DNA of 64,000 bases from Sphagnum compactum (taxonomy: Eukaryota), in contig OZ234493.1 in the NCBI GenBank assembly GCA_965153455.1, positions 15,552,213 to 15,616,212 on the forward strand, written 5' to 3'. Shown piece by piece: positions 34,659 through 46,900 of this stretch. Positions within the stretch are counted from its first letter, which is position 1; each line of letters begins with the position of its first letter. The notes below the pieces were generated by a model. That model worked only from the letters and a program-made list of their open reading frames with translations, had not been told where the DNA came from and ran no database searches. The translations under genes were made by a program, and so were the position numbers.

Positions 34659-37600
34659 TCAGCTTTCCACTTTTACAGTTACCCTTTCTCTACTGTTTTC
34701 AGCAGAATCTTTGGCCCCATTCAAGAGGGCCACTAGCTCAGTTTTCTCAATTCCTTTTGAAAGCTGAAGAATTGAGGCATCATTACCATTTGCATGCTTC
34801 TTTGAATTCAAGTAGGACTTGTAATAGAGAGACCCAAACACCGATACCTGCACAAGGTTGAAACAGGCATCACTGTTCAGTGCAAGTTTCATGACCAATT
34901 TTATGAATTATGTTGAGCTACAAAAACTGAAGTTTTTGTTTAAGCTTGAAGTTCAGCTACTGCAAATAACAAAACATAGAAGTAACTTTTGTCTCTGTAG
35001 AGAGAGGTGAATGAGGGACACACAGTTGCCGCCCATTGCTGCAGTCTCAAGGGGTGCACAAACCAAATACACGACAGCAATATGCTGATAAGCTGTGCCA
35101 AAACCAAAAACAACAGAGACCAGTCACTCTGTCAATCAGTCAGAGCTTGCATGGCAGACTAAATTGACTACTGATTTCCTTTTTTGCACTTTCCCTACTG
35201 CAATTTATCCAAGCTCCTATTTCCCTTAACAGTGTACCGAGAGTGCAGAAGCTTAATTCCATAGCATGTCAAACAACTTTCAACAGAAGGTACACTGTTA
35301 TAGCACTGAAGATGAATGGCCTGACAGTTCTGAATGGGTTCTTGAGTCTGTTTCAGTTGTCCAATTGCCATACACACCAAAATTGCTAAAGATAACAGTG
35401 AACCACACAGCATGAGCACACAGTGCCACATCACATTTTCATGATACTGGCAAATGTGGACCTACCATCTGGCACAATGTGTTTGTAGTAATCACTAGGC
35501 AGAACTACTATAGGCTGCTCAATTATAGGGTGCTGTTAGTGACCAGATACATAATTGGTCGTACCTTTATTAGCTCAGGAATGTGAATGTGCAATTCTAA
35601 GACTGTTCTGTCTATATCAGTTTGCAAGGTCAAGCACAAGAAGTCATCAAGAACACACCAGGGGGTAAGGGCAATTTCACACCTGTCTTGTCGTCATGAT
35701 TGTGGCAAAAATGAGGGCCCCAAATGTGCGAATGGTGTAGGAGATGAAAAACTGGCTAGTTGTTGCTGCCTGTCCATGTAGCAAACGATTATATTGCAAC
35801 TTCTGAATGTACTAAGTGCAGAGGGAAACAGATAACTACTGCATTTGAAGTGTTTGGAGGTAAACAACACATTGTTGGAAATGCTCTCGGTATAAGGATT
35901 GAAGTGTACCAAAGACAGAAGCATGATGTCAAACAGACAATCAGGATGACGCAGGACAAAATACAAAGCCAACATCCCTTGCCCTTGCATAAGTAGGCCT
36001 GCAGTTGCACCATCTTGTCAAGAATCTAGCAAAACTAGGGAAGCAAAAGAAGACATATGTACAAGTTATCCTGCTGTCCTGTGTACAGTGGTACCAACCC
36101 AAAGATTCATGACCCTGAGAATGCAAAAGGAAACCAGGTGTAGAAAGAGGTATCTGTACCCATTAAACTGAGACCACATGAGCAGAGTGTGACATAAAGA
36201 ATTTGGTTGTAAATATCCATATTGTATCCTTTAAACAACTTGTCTTGGAATGTGCTAGTGAACCCATCAAACCTGCCATGACCTCAAGCAAGTGTCAGAA
36301 TCACAATGTACTTCCAAAGATCTTTCTTTTGCCATCATCAAGGAATACAGAAAGCATGGCTACATGAGGAGACACAAGCTCCCACAGAGCAGCAACTTTA
36401 CATCAGCAAGATACATGATTTAAGGCCTCTGGCGCATGACAGGAGATGTACCCAAGGTAACCAATCATGAGGACAACACCCCATGTAGTGCTCTGTACAA
36501 TATTGTTGTAGGGGACCACCCCTGGTGTCACCTGTTCCCAAAGACCAGACAATATATCAACCAGAACAAAAATTCAGGAGAGAATGAAGGATGCTTACAG
36601 ATGAGCCATTTAGCCTCAACAATGAACTCACCAATCAACATACCTATGTGACTGCAGAGGAAACTCCACAATGACACTTTGTAGGCAACTGTTGTGCCAG
36701 TACAGCACAACCAGAACTGACATCTTAAGACTAAAGTGCAGTTGATGGTCATCCATCAATGCAAAAACCACAATTAAACCCACCTCAAAAATTACAATTA
36801 ATTTTCTCTACCTCATTGGAGGACACAAGAAAAAAAATTGACACTAAATTCCAGAGCAAGCCTAACTGAGAGCCTCTTCCCTTGGTGCTGTTGATGGTAT
36901 TGCCTCGTTTGAGAGGTGGGTTCTATGGATCTTGTGGTGATGTTATCTTGCGAGGTCACCCATTCCCAGAATATTTTCAGCTAGGGTGCTTCACTTCAGA
37001 GGTCAGATCAGATAAGGTGTGATCACCCTAGCTAGGCCACAGCTGCCTCCTTTTACAGTACACTACAAAATAGTTAAAACATGATAAGGCTTGAGTGCAT
37101 AAGGAACAGCAGAGAGGATGAAGTACATGTTCATACTCCTGTTAAGAAGAAGATTGTGCAGCCTGCTGTCACAAGGAGGGCCACCAAATAGTCATGGAAT
37201 CCATACTTCTTTCGCAATATCACCGTGCCCCACAACTGTCAGACAAAGAACTCTTGATCAGTAAAAACCCCACTGCAGGGGGTAGCTGTATTAATATATA
37301 GACTGGATTGCCTCTTACAAACACAACAGACAATAGGGGTTCACCTCACCATGACTGGTATCATTTTTGCACACTTTGCAAGTGTCTGCACAGGAAAGCT
37401 TACAAACTTCAATGCCTGCATGACAAAAGATCAACCATAAGGATCAAATGAATGTATAAGATAAGATCTGCCAAGAACATATGGAATTCTCAACTACATA
37501 AAGAAAGTAGAGCATGAGTGCCAAAAAAAAACCATCCACCCCCAGTTTTCATTTCCTATTCTTGTGGCCTCATGGTCAAAGAAACCAGCTGATTTGAAGC

Positions 37601-39550
37601 AGCTGAAAGTCCTCAGCAGAAAAGGGAGGATGATAGAAACAGAACAGGCAAGAAGTCATATGGAGAAGAATTAGAAGGTACTACTAGGCAAGTCAGGTGG
37701 AGCTTGCCTCATACTGGCAAGATGTAGCCAATACATTTGATAAAGATACACCTGCATATTTGTACAAGGGTGCAACTGGACGCATGTCTTCCTGCCGCAC
37801 CTATGAGCCACCCCCACACTGAATCATTCTCTGAGCTCCCTCAACATCACCCTATTGACTTTCTTTCCTTCTTCTTGCTTTTAGTCACAAGTGAAAACAA
37901 AAAGAAAAATGAAGAGCAACAAGAAACTCATATTGAAGCTGCTGTGCTAGCTTCCAGGACCAGAAGCATTGAACAACTGATCTGATAGAAGTGAGGATAC
38001 AGTAAATCAGATACTGAGAAGAGAAATGGGAAAGCGGTGGCACAGTGGGAAGCAGATGCAGAGAGCTGAAGCTAAGAATGGTGTTTTCATTAATGTTCAT
38101 TATTACCGCACCAAATTCTATCAATAACAAACACTATGTATTACATGATCTGTTGAAACATACCAGGACTATCAACATACAGACACTGCAGGTCAAGAGT
38201 CTGTTGCAGAAGACAATGAAAAGTGAGTACTTGAAAAACTCCTTCTCCTCACCATAAGGTGATCTCATGATCTTTTCCTGGCCAATTGCACACAGAGGTC
38301 AGTCATTGAGAATTCTAATCCACAAAATTTGTCACCTTAAGTCTAAGCTGAACAAAATTCAATCCTGCTGCTTTCTGATCATTGACAGATCCAATTTCCA
38401 AAAAGTTTGTTACTCTTTGCACATTGGAAAGTGAGCCAAGATCATCAACACCAATTTGCTGTTGCATTGGTTTCTACCATTAACCGGGGAACAAAATCTG
38501 TCATGTATCGGATGCTAAATCTGGATTTCCCATTTTTCTTCTTTTTCACTGCCATTGTCCAAGTTTTTGCCATGCTCCACAGCAGGGTTAACCCAAAACC
38601 TGATAACCGCTCATGTATTCTAGAAAAGCATGTTTACAGATCCCAGTATTGTCTAAACTTTCACCATGCTCCACAACAGGGCTAAGCCAAAACCTGATAA
38701 TTGCTTATGTGTTCTAGAAAAAGTATGTTTATAGATCACAGGAGATCTGGGGAATGGAAAAAAAGAGTAGCTAGCACCTCACTCACAGCAGATATGCTAA
38801 ACCATACACGGATGAAAACCTAATGCCAAAAGGAATCCAATGTGCATATCTGTAGAAACAAAGAAGAAGAAGGAAACTCATCACACGACTAACCTAAAGT
38901 ATATCTTCATCCGAGAGACTTAATTTGCCTCACTTGTGGGTAAAATAAGGACACAATTACTAAACCAACACCAAGCGAGCTTGCCTTAAATCCTCTTCAC
39001 CTTCTAGAACTCGGAAACCTCTAGTTGGCTTCCAAAGTATTCGACTGCTTGATCGATTCTGGATCAATCACTGTGAGAGAAGCAGCTAACATGCCTCGCT
39101 AATACCGACTTGAAACTAGAACCATTTGCAAATCTAAGAGCACGACAGAGCCAAAGCCACTCGACTATTTGCCTTTGACGCTGCTAATTCTGCAGCGAGA
39201 TAGAGACAGAGACAGAGAGAAGGGATAATAAAAAACCCTAAACACTGCGAGAGAAGCAGCTAACATGCTTCGCTAATACCGAAACTAGAACCATTTTGCA
39301 AATCTGAGATCACTGTAGAGCCAAAGCCACTCGACTATTTCCTTGATCCTGCTGGCTAATTCTACAGCGAGAGAGAAAGAGAGACACCGAGAGGGGATAG
39401 AAAACCCTAAATAGGCAGAAAAGAGCACTCTCTTTTTACCTGCATGACACCGTAGACGAGGAGCGTCGACATGACACCCGAAATGCTCCATACTAGCTTG
39501 GCGTTGCTGCTGTGGCGCAGCCGCTCGTGCAGCAGCCGGATCGCCCCCAT
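34659..39550 (-). CDS. UTR5: Nucleotide-sugar transporter, UDP-galactose/UDP-glucose transporter 5-like (SLC35B family), 11 coding exons
   Basis: Exons 39550-39440 (SISGVMSTLLVYGVMQ), 38277-38164 (EKIMRSPYG..FKYSLFIVFCNRL), 37800-37708 (PVAPLYKYAGVSLSNVLATSCQYE, GC donor), 37415-37350 (ALKFVSFPVQTLAKCAKMIPVM), 37235-37137, 36531-36452, 36272-~36161 (FDGFTSTFQDKLF), ~35999-35908, ~35769-35683 (TIRTFGALIFATIMTTRQ), ~35092-35024 and 34847-34659. Confidence 0.92.
36930..37044 (-). ncRNA. Diverged 5S rRNA-like sequence inside UTR5 intron 5 (sense to the host gene); not a normal 5S gene
   Basis: Minus strand TGTGGCCTAGCTAGGGTGATCACACCTTATCTGATCTGACCTCTGAAGTGAAGCACCCTAGCTGAAAATATTCTGGGAATGGGTGACCTC...CCACA aligns by eye to bryophyte 5S rRNA recalled from memory (box A-like AGTGAAGC, box C-like GGGAATGGGTGACC). 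No oligo-T terminator downstream. Confidence 0.8.
39075..39412. repeat. Tandem duplication ~170 bp x2 in UTR5 intron 1, each copy ending in a telo-box
   Basis: GAGAGAAGCAGCTAACATGC..CGCTAATACCGA..AGAGCCAAAGCCACTCGACTATTT..AAAACCCTAAA present twice. Confidence 0.9.
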
Positions 39551-39577
39551 CGCCGCTGATGCTCGCTCGCTTCGTTG

Positions 39578-39610
<33 letters not shown>

Positions 39611-39647
39611 CCCCCCCCTCTCCCTCTCCCTCTCTCTCTCCGTCGTC

Positions 39648-39720
39648 GCGGTTCTCGTCCGCAGGAAGGGCGCTGATGCGAACCGGTCGTGGGTTCGAAT
39701 CCCACCAGGCAATTGTTTTT
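39648..39720 (+). other. tRNA-like fragment: perfect T-arm/B-box and oligo-T, no pairing acceptor stem
   Basis: GTGGG-TTCGAAT-CCCAC at 39689-39705, TTTTT at 39716-39720, possible D-stem GTCC/GGGC upstream. Confidence 0.55.
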
Positions 39721-42700
39721 AAAATGAAAATAAAGTAAACTATTTGCATTTTAGGTGATTTATGAATTGTGATTATATATAATGTTTCATGTGTATTTTC
39801 ATTGAATGTTGTAATTTTACACCATATTTTGTTATGGGATGCAATTTTGAAATTGAATTATTTTTGTAACAAAGCATCATTGTGGCATGTTAGTCATAAG
39901 AAGATAAAATGTTGATTTATTTATTTTAATAATGTATTATGAATTTCTTTCTTTGCAATAATGTTTTCAATTTTTGTTTCACTCAAACAAAGAATGTGAG
40001 ATGATAATAGATTTTGGTAAGTTAAAATGTTTTTAAAATGCAACTTTAATGAATATGTGTTTAAAGACAGTATGATCATGAATTTTTATTGGTAAATTAT
40101 AAGAAGAATCATTGATAATTTGTATTAAGCATTTGTTTTGAAATGATACATTTCTTCTTCAACAATAGGATTATTATTATTTACTTATTTGATAATGGAG
40201 AAAGAAAACATAAATGTATCAAAACAATAAAATTATGTAATATTTTTTTTACATTTGTATAAAATAGATGTGGCAAAATGTTATCTAGTGGAAGTTTTTC
40301 AAAACAAAATTTGTTTATGAAGTTTCTATTTTCAATGTCATGTATTGATGTTTGAAATTTGTTTAAAACATTAATGAATTTATGATTATTTTGTCACATA
40401 ACTTGTTGTAATTCATAACATTTGACATGTGTACGTAAAAAATTATTAGGTTTTTTGAAATCCACGAGCCTTGAGTAGGAGGAGTTTGATAAAAATATAT
40501 AATCATAATTACATCAAGACCACCAATCAATTATTTATGGATTTGTTTATGACACATAACTTATAATCGATGAAAGCTAAAATTTTATTTTTTACTAATA
40601 ATATTTGTCTATAATTATTAAACAAAAGTTCATGGTGCATTTTTATTAATCTATTACATTTTTCATCAATGAATATTTTTAATTCATTGAGATTTTTATT
40701 TAGTGAGATTACAATTGTAAAATGAATTGTTGTTCCATAATTTATGTTGAAAGTTATTTTTCATGGGTATGTTAACTTCATGATTTTAGGTTTAAAGACC
40801 TAGAATTATTGTTTTTTTATGTAATATAATAACATTTATAAAAATGATGGGGAATATATTACAGAACAATGAACTAAAAATGAAGGAGGATCAACAAGGT
40901 ATGGTTCAACATGGAAAATCATTTGGAACAAAAGGATTCACAATCACTACTGAATACATGCAACTATTATTTTCACAAGGATGTGTCATTGTTGATTTTT
41001 TTCATTAAGAAATTTATGAAGCAAGGCCGTATGGACCATGTTACCACATAAGTGTACAATAAATTGAACATGGAAGATTTGTAACCCAAAAGAGTATTTA
41101 GGTTGGAATGTTAAAATTAGTAACACTCGTGAAGAGGATGGCTTGTGCATGAGCTTGGAGCTTTGAGCTTGTAGTTTAAAGCTTAATGTGATTTTAATCC
41201 ACCTACATGGATGAATGTGTTGATAATTGAATGATTTCATATGCATGAATGTCATTTTTCTATGGGTGAATTTCATTTATGATTTGGATTAAATAAACAA
41301 ATAAATGAACGAAATTCATCCATGATTGGAAGATAAATAAATTTTTAAAAAAAATTATATTCATCTTCATTTGTTGTCCAAGTATTAATATTTTAAACTT
41401 GAATGTCATTTAATAATGATGAATAATGTGATTATAGGGGAAAATATGATAATGGACCAAAATCATTTAAAAAAATTTCATCAATAATGTTAAGCAATTA
41501 AATTTTTTTTTGTCATGAGATGAATATTAAACTCCCCCTCTCCCCCACCATTGTTGTTAGCAACATTAGATATGTATATTGTGAAAATTAAGGGTGCCTT
41601 GAAAATAGATAAAATTTAAAATCAACCCCATTATTATCTTTGATAGTCGGTTGTTTGAAAAAAACTAATTAAAGTGCTTAAAATTGAATTTTAGTTTATT
41701 TCAAAAATCCATTGTCATCAGTGATAATAGACAGTTTAAAAATATCTAAAACATTCAAAATTCATTGTTGTCAACAACACTAACAATTAGATATAATGAA
41801 AATTGTGACACCCTTGAAAAATAATGAAAAAAAAATTCCCCGTTGTTGTACATGACACTTATAAATAGGTTTAAAGGAAGTTGTGGCACCTTTGCAAACA
41901 AAAAAATCCCAATATCATCAACGACACTTAGGTCAATTTGCCCCAAATAAATAAATGAATAAATTATTATTATTATTATTATTTTAAAACAATGACAGGG
42001 GGGTGGATCAATGAATTTAATAAAAATTTTGGGATCATTATTTCACAATTTTGTTTACACATTGAAAACAAGATGTAAAATTTTGACAAATGTTCATTTT
42101 TTTCCTCTCACTTTTAACAATTGAAAACATCCAAAATCATTTCATTTTCAAATTTTAATTCACGTTTTGAGAGAAAATTACCATGAAAGAAAGTTTTGGT
42201 GGACGCCTTTAGTGGGCCCACCCATGAAATGTTTGGTACATTACAACAAATGAAACTCAAGATTAAAAATGTAATGGTGACCTTGAAGCTCCCACTTATG
42301 AAATTTGATTGACATAATTCACATATGTGAATCCTTTGAAATGCAAATGGTGTCCCAATTTGTAATTTTTCTTCCCATAAATACCCAAGTATAAATCTCT
42401 AACAATGGACCCACCCAAATAGCGCTCATTTTGCCCCTCCTCCAAAATAGTTTTTAGGAAAAATAAAAATATAAAAAATCGGCGGTGTCCAAAATTGAAC
42501 CCCACAGGATTTGACCTCCAGACCAGTCAATTAACGAAGTAGGTACCTACTACTACAGGGCACCTACGCTTTGTAGCCGGCCAGCAAGCTTGTTCTCGAT
42601 GTCTACAAAAACCAACGATCACGATCAGCCCAACAGCTCTCCTTTTTGACTTGAGAACAGCGACCGCCGTCGGATCGAGATTACCGACAACTGTCCAGTA

Positions 42701-43997
42701 CTTACAACGGAAATTATGCAGCACGAGGATGAACCACAGCCGTCGAATCAGAATTAGATGAGTGTCCAGGATTAACTTGGGAACACATCTCAGATGATCT
42801 GAGCCGTCCCGAACTTCACATTTGTTTTTCCTTTAAATAGTGATGAAATTTCATCTCCCCGCTCTGACACCCGTCGATTGAAACTGATCAACGGCTTAGA
42901 AAATAGCTGAGATTTTTATTTACCTACAGCAGAAAGGGAATAAAGAATCAGGATGAAGAAGTTCCGTGTTTTGTGATCCAACGGTCAGAAATCCAACACG
43001 AATATAAAATAAGCTGTAATAATAATAGTAATAAGCAGATCTCAATCGTTGAACGTGTGGGAAATGAGATCTTGGCCGCTGGAAAAAGAGAATTATTGGA
43101 TTATTTAATTGCGTAGTTTCCCGGGACGAAGAAGCGTTGCGCTTGCTGTTTGGGTGTAGTGTATTTGTAGTCGTCGTCGTCGTCTTCGAGCTTCTTTAAC
43201 GCCATCGCCATTTCTCACGCGCAATTCGTCCCGGTTTCCATCGTTTGTGATCTGGTGAGTCTTCTCGCGAGCTCTGCTTCGATCTCTTCACTTCCTTCTC
43301 TCTTTTACCGTTTCTTTTTTCATCAACTCTGGTTCAATTTCGACACAGATCTGTGTTCTCTGCCTTTTCTGTCGAGTAGTAGAGCTATCAGATCACTCTT
43401 ATGCCCTGCAATCTCATTTTTTTTCGTCTTCCTTGGGGATAATTTTTATATTGGGGGCGTCTGTGGCGGATCGCAAGTCTGGTGGTGACTACTGTGGTAC
43501 GCTTTTATTTTGTTTTGTTTGCTTAACCTTGTTTTTTAGGGTTTGGAACATTCTCTGTTGGTGGGTATGAGCTTCATCCTTTAGTGCATTTGTGCTGTTC
43601 TTTGTGCTAAGACATATGCTTTTTTTCGTAAGTATGTGCACGAGATTCGACGACTTTCTGTTTCACATTTTTGTATGTTGTGGAGACGGCAGCGAGTGTT
43701 TTGAACTAGGGTAATGTGGGACATAGAATGGGGGTATTGGATGTAGATCTAGGGTTTGATCTGAAGTTATTTGCGGTGCTTTACTTAGATTTTTTCTTGT
43801 AAAAGACTTTGGTGATTTGCTTCATTGGCTTTTGGAGGAGGAGTTTGTAATTTTGTTGAGTGGAGAAACTGTTGTGCACATAATGATTTGGATGTGTTTG
43901 AAACCATGTGACATTCTTTTTTACATTTCTTTTCGTTTTGTTGCTATGGTGAGACAGGTGTAAAAGTTTGAGCATTCTGGCATTGCATGAGAGGGAG

Positions 43998-46900
43998 ATG
44001 GGGGATTTTGGCGGGGGCCAGAGCTTGTGCACTCGGATGCGCTTATGGGAACTCCCTGACCAATATGTGTTGGAGCCCACAGACTCCATTTCAGGGGTGC
44101 TTGCCATTGATCGCTCCAATGGCAATCTGAGCACTCTTGGTAACCCGACATTTGCTATCTTCTGTTTCTCATTTTCTTTGTTCCTTGTCTCATCAGGCAA
44201 TAAGTTTTGGCACTTCAGTTGCAAGTTTAGTTCTTCAGCGTTTTTGTTCCTTGTTCTGGATGGTGATGATAATTGCTCTCTTGCTGCTTCCAGGTCAGTT
44301 GCCTTTGTCTGCCTCTGCACAGGTTCCACATGCAACAATTGTTTTTGGGCTGGCAGGAATTGTCAAGCTTCTTGCAGGCAAGTCCCAGCTCTTAAAACCC
44401 TAAGATTGAACCTCCATAATTCTAAACCACCAGGACAATTCCAGTTGCATAGGTTCTGAGCTAGCATTGCAATCTGAAAATGTACAGAGTGGTCATGAGA
44501 TTGTGCTTTCAATGCAAGATTCCAGAAGTCCAGTTAGATGGCAAAGTTCTTTGGACATTTATTTGTCCATCAATGAATGAAAACACAGCAGTCTTCCAGC
44601 ATGGTTATTTCTTTTGGGTTGGAGTTTCCAGGGACATATCCTTTGATTATCACAGGACGACAGTGTATGGGCACGTACAAGGGTTCACCTATCTACCGTG
44701 TGACATCAATGCGCTTTCTTAACTGCAACAGAAGCTTGCAGAACTCCACCAGCCAAGAGGTCTGTACATGGTTCATTCATCCCTCTATGTGTGTTATCTT
44801 AATTGCAAGGTTCTTGCATATAGAATCTGTTGTGACTGAATTGGTTGTACTGCATGACAAAGTCCATATGGTTCATATAGGAGTGCATTTGCAAGTGCTG
44901 TGCTCTGCAACAATGTGAAATCTTCTATTGCAAGATTTTGGTTCCCATATGTTGTTTGTACACAGCAGTTTTTAACCACATACATTTCGGTATGTTACAG
45001 AAGCGGGATGAGGCACATTTTTTGACACTTTTGAAGTCTTTGGAGAAAACTCCTGGCCTCTACTTTTCATATGTCTCTGATCTAACACTCAAGTAAGTCT
45101 TTTCAAAAGTTAGTTGCCCTGTAAAGCCTCGAGTCGTGAGAAAGAAAACCTAATGGTCCCTTGCAAGATACACAAGCTAGGGCAGTCTGAACCAGTAAAG
45201 GTGAATGATAGATAGCTTCCTTATTATTAAGAAATTTTAGGATTGAGCAGATGGGGTCAAATTCCAAGCTATACATGGATCACTTTAAAGACAAGAAAGA
45301 GAAGCCAGTTGTTGAGTCCAAGGAGAAGTGGGGCCCACATTAACATTTCTAATGGAGAAGAGGGAACAGCTGTCTCATCTAATGGCTGCCTTAAGATTCC
45401 TCAACAAACTGGCCATGGCAACAGGCAAGAGTGCCATCTGTGTGATATTCAGCAGGGGATTCCATTCTAAATTGATTACTTTGAATATGCTCTGACAGTG
45501 GCATATATAAGTTTTCTCTTCGAGTATGTCATAGTCCAAGCAGCCTTTTCTTTCCTCTCATGGAAGTGTAATCTTTGAAGTACCTGCATAAAATCCAGGA
45601 CCAATGTGGTCTTACTTCTTGACCTGGGAATCTACTGATCCCCTAAATATCTATTTCAAATACCAAGACAACATATACCAAAACATGTAGGCACTGATAT
45701 AGAGGGTTGTTTACTGTGGATAGCACTTCGCTCATGTACTGTCTTCATTACTACTTCATTTGATGTGTTACTTAGTTTGATTGATGCAAAAACCTAATTG
45801 GATGTGACGGGGTTGATTACAGTGTACAGAGGTCAAAAGAGATTGGCATATTGGGAGGGTCTCCTCTCTGGAAACAGGTAAGTCACAATCTTTGTTTATG
45901 TGCTTATGATGAAGTGAATTCTTATGTCTTTTCTACTAGAGCAACAGTATGCCTGCTTGTCTCCTCCAAGGTACTTAAAAGCATTGGTGGCAAAGCTAAT
46001 CATTTCATTACTGTGGATGTTTGCTCAGGCTGATACAAAATATCTGTGGAACAGGCTGCTCCTGGAGGAGTTAATAGAAAACAAGGTGAGCTTTTATATC
46101 AAACTTGGATATTTGTTCCATCAGCTGGAACTAATACCCAAGTGCACAAACTCTTCTGATGTACAAAAATTGTTGCAATCTGATGTTTTTCTGACATTTA
46201 GAATGATGAGTTTGCCAATTATCTGCAACTGACATCTATGATTGTTGTGGTCTTTGGCTGCAGTTGGAGCCATTTATTCTGCCTGTGATTCAAGGGAATA
46301 TCCTCTTCATGCTTCTGAGACAGTGATGCAGATTGTCCTTTTTTGTACTCATTTGTTTGTGCATTCCACTCTCCAGTTATCTGGGATCATTCTGTAAGCT
46401 GACACATTCTCTCTGTAACATGTTCAATTTCTACCATAAGAATGAGATGCCCTTGACTCTTAAGCACGTTTCCAGACAATTCAAACCGAAGTGCATGGCA
46501 AGGAGGTGGCTGTAACTTTAATTGCAAGGCGTTGCACAAGGCGTATAGGTTAGCAAATTTTCTGTTTCCTTTTCCTCCTATTCATGTGAGACAACAGTAG
46601 GTGGTCGTTGTATGCCAGTGGGTGAAAAATGCATTACCATAGAGTTCTTTGGCATGACATCATTTTTTGGGGTGGCATCTTTTGACCACTAAAACATTCC
46701 ACAGTACTAGGAACCTCTAGTTTCACCATCCCCTCTGTCTGCCTCCCTGAACAAGGAGGTACCAAGAAGCATTATCATAGATTACATCACATAAAAGAGT
46801 AACTTTGTGCTGGGGTCACCAAATGTTTAATGGCAGGGACACGCATGTGGCGCAGAGGAGCAGACAAGGATGGCAATGTTGCTAATTTTGTAGAAACTGA

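Noticed and set aside
36930-37044. Functional 5S rRNA gene
   Set aside because: Single intronic copy, diverged helix III and 3' segment, no oligo-T terminator, no tandem array.
39648-39720. Functional tRNA gene
   Set aside because: The acceptor stem cannot pair and the anticodon arm is too short; kept only as a tRNA-like fragment.
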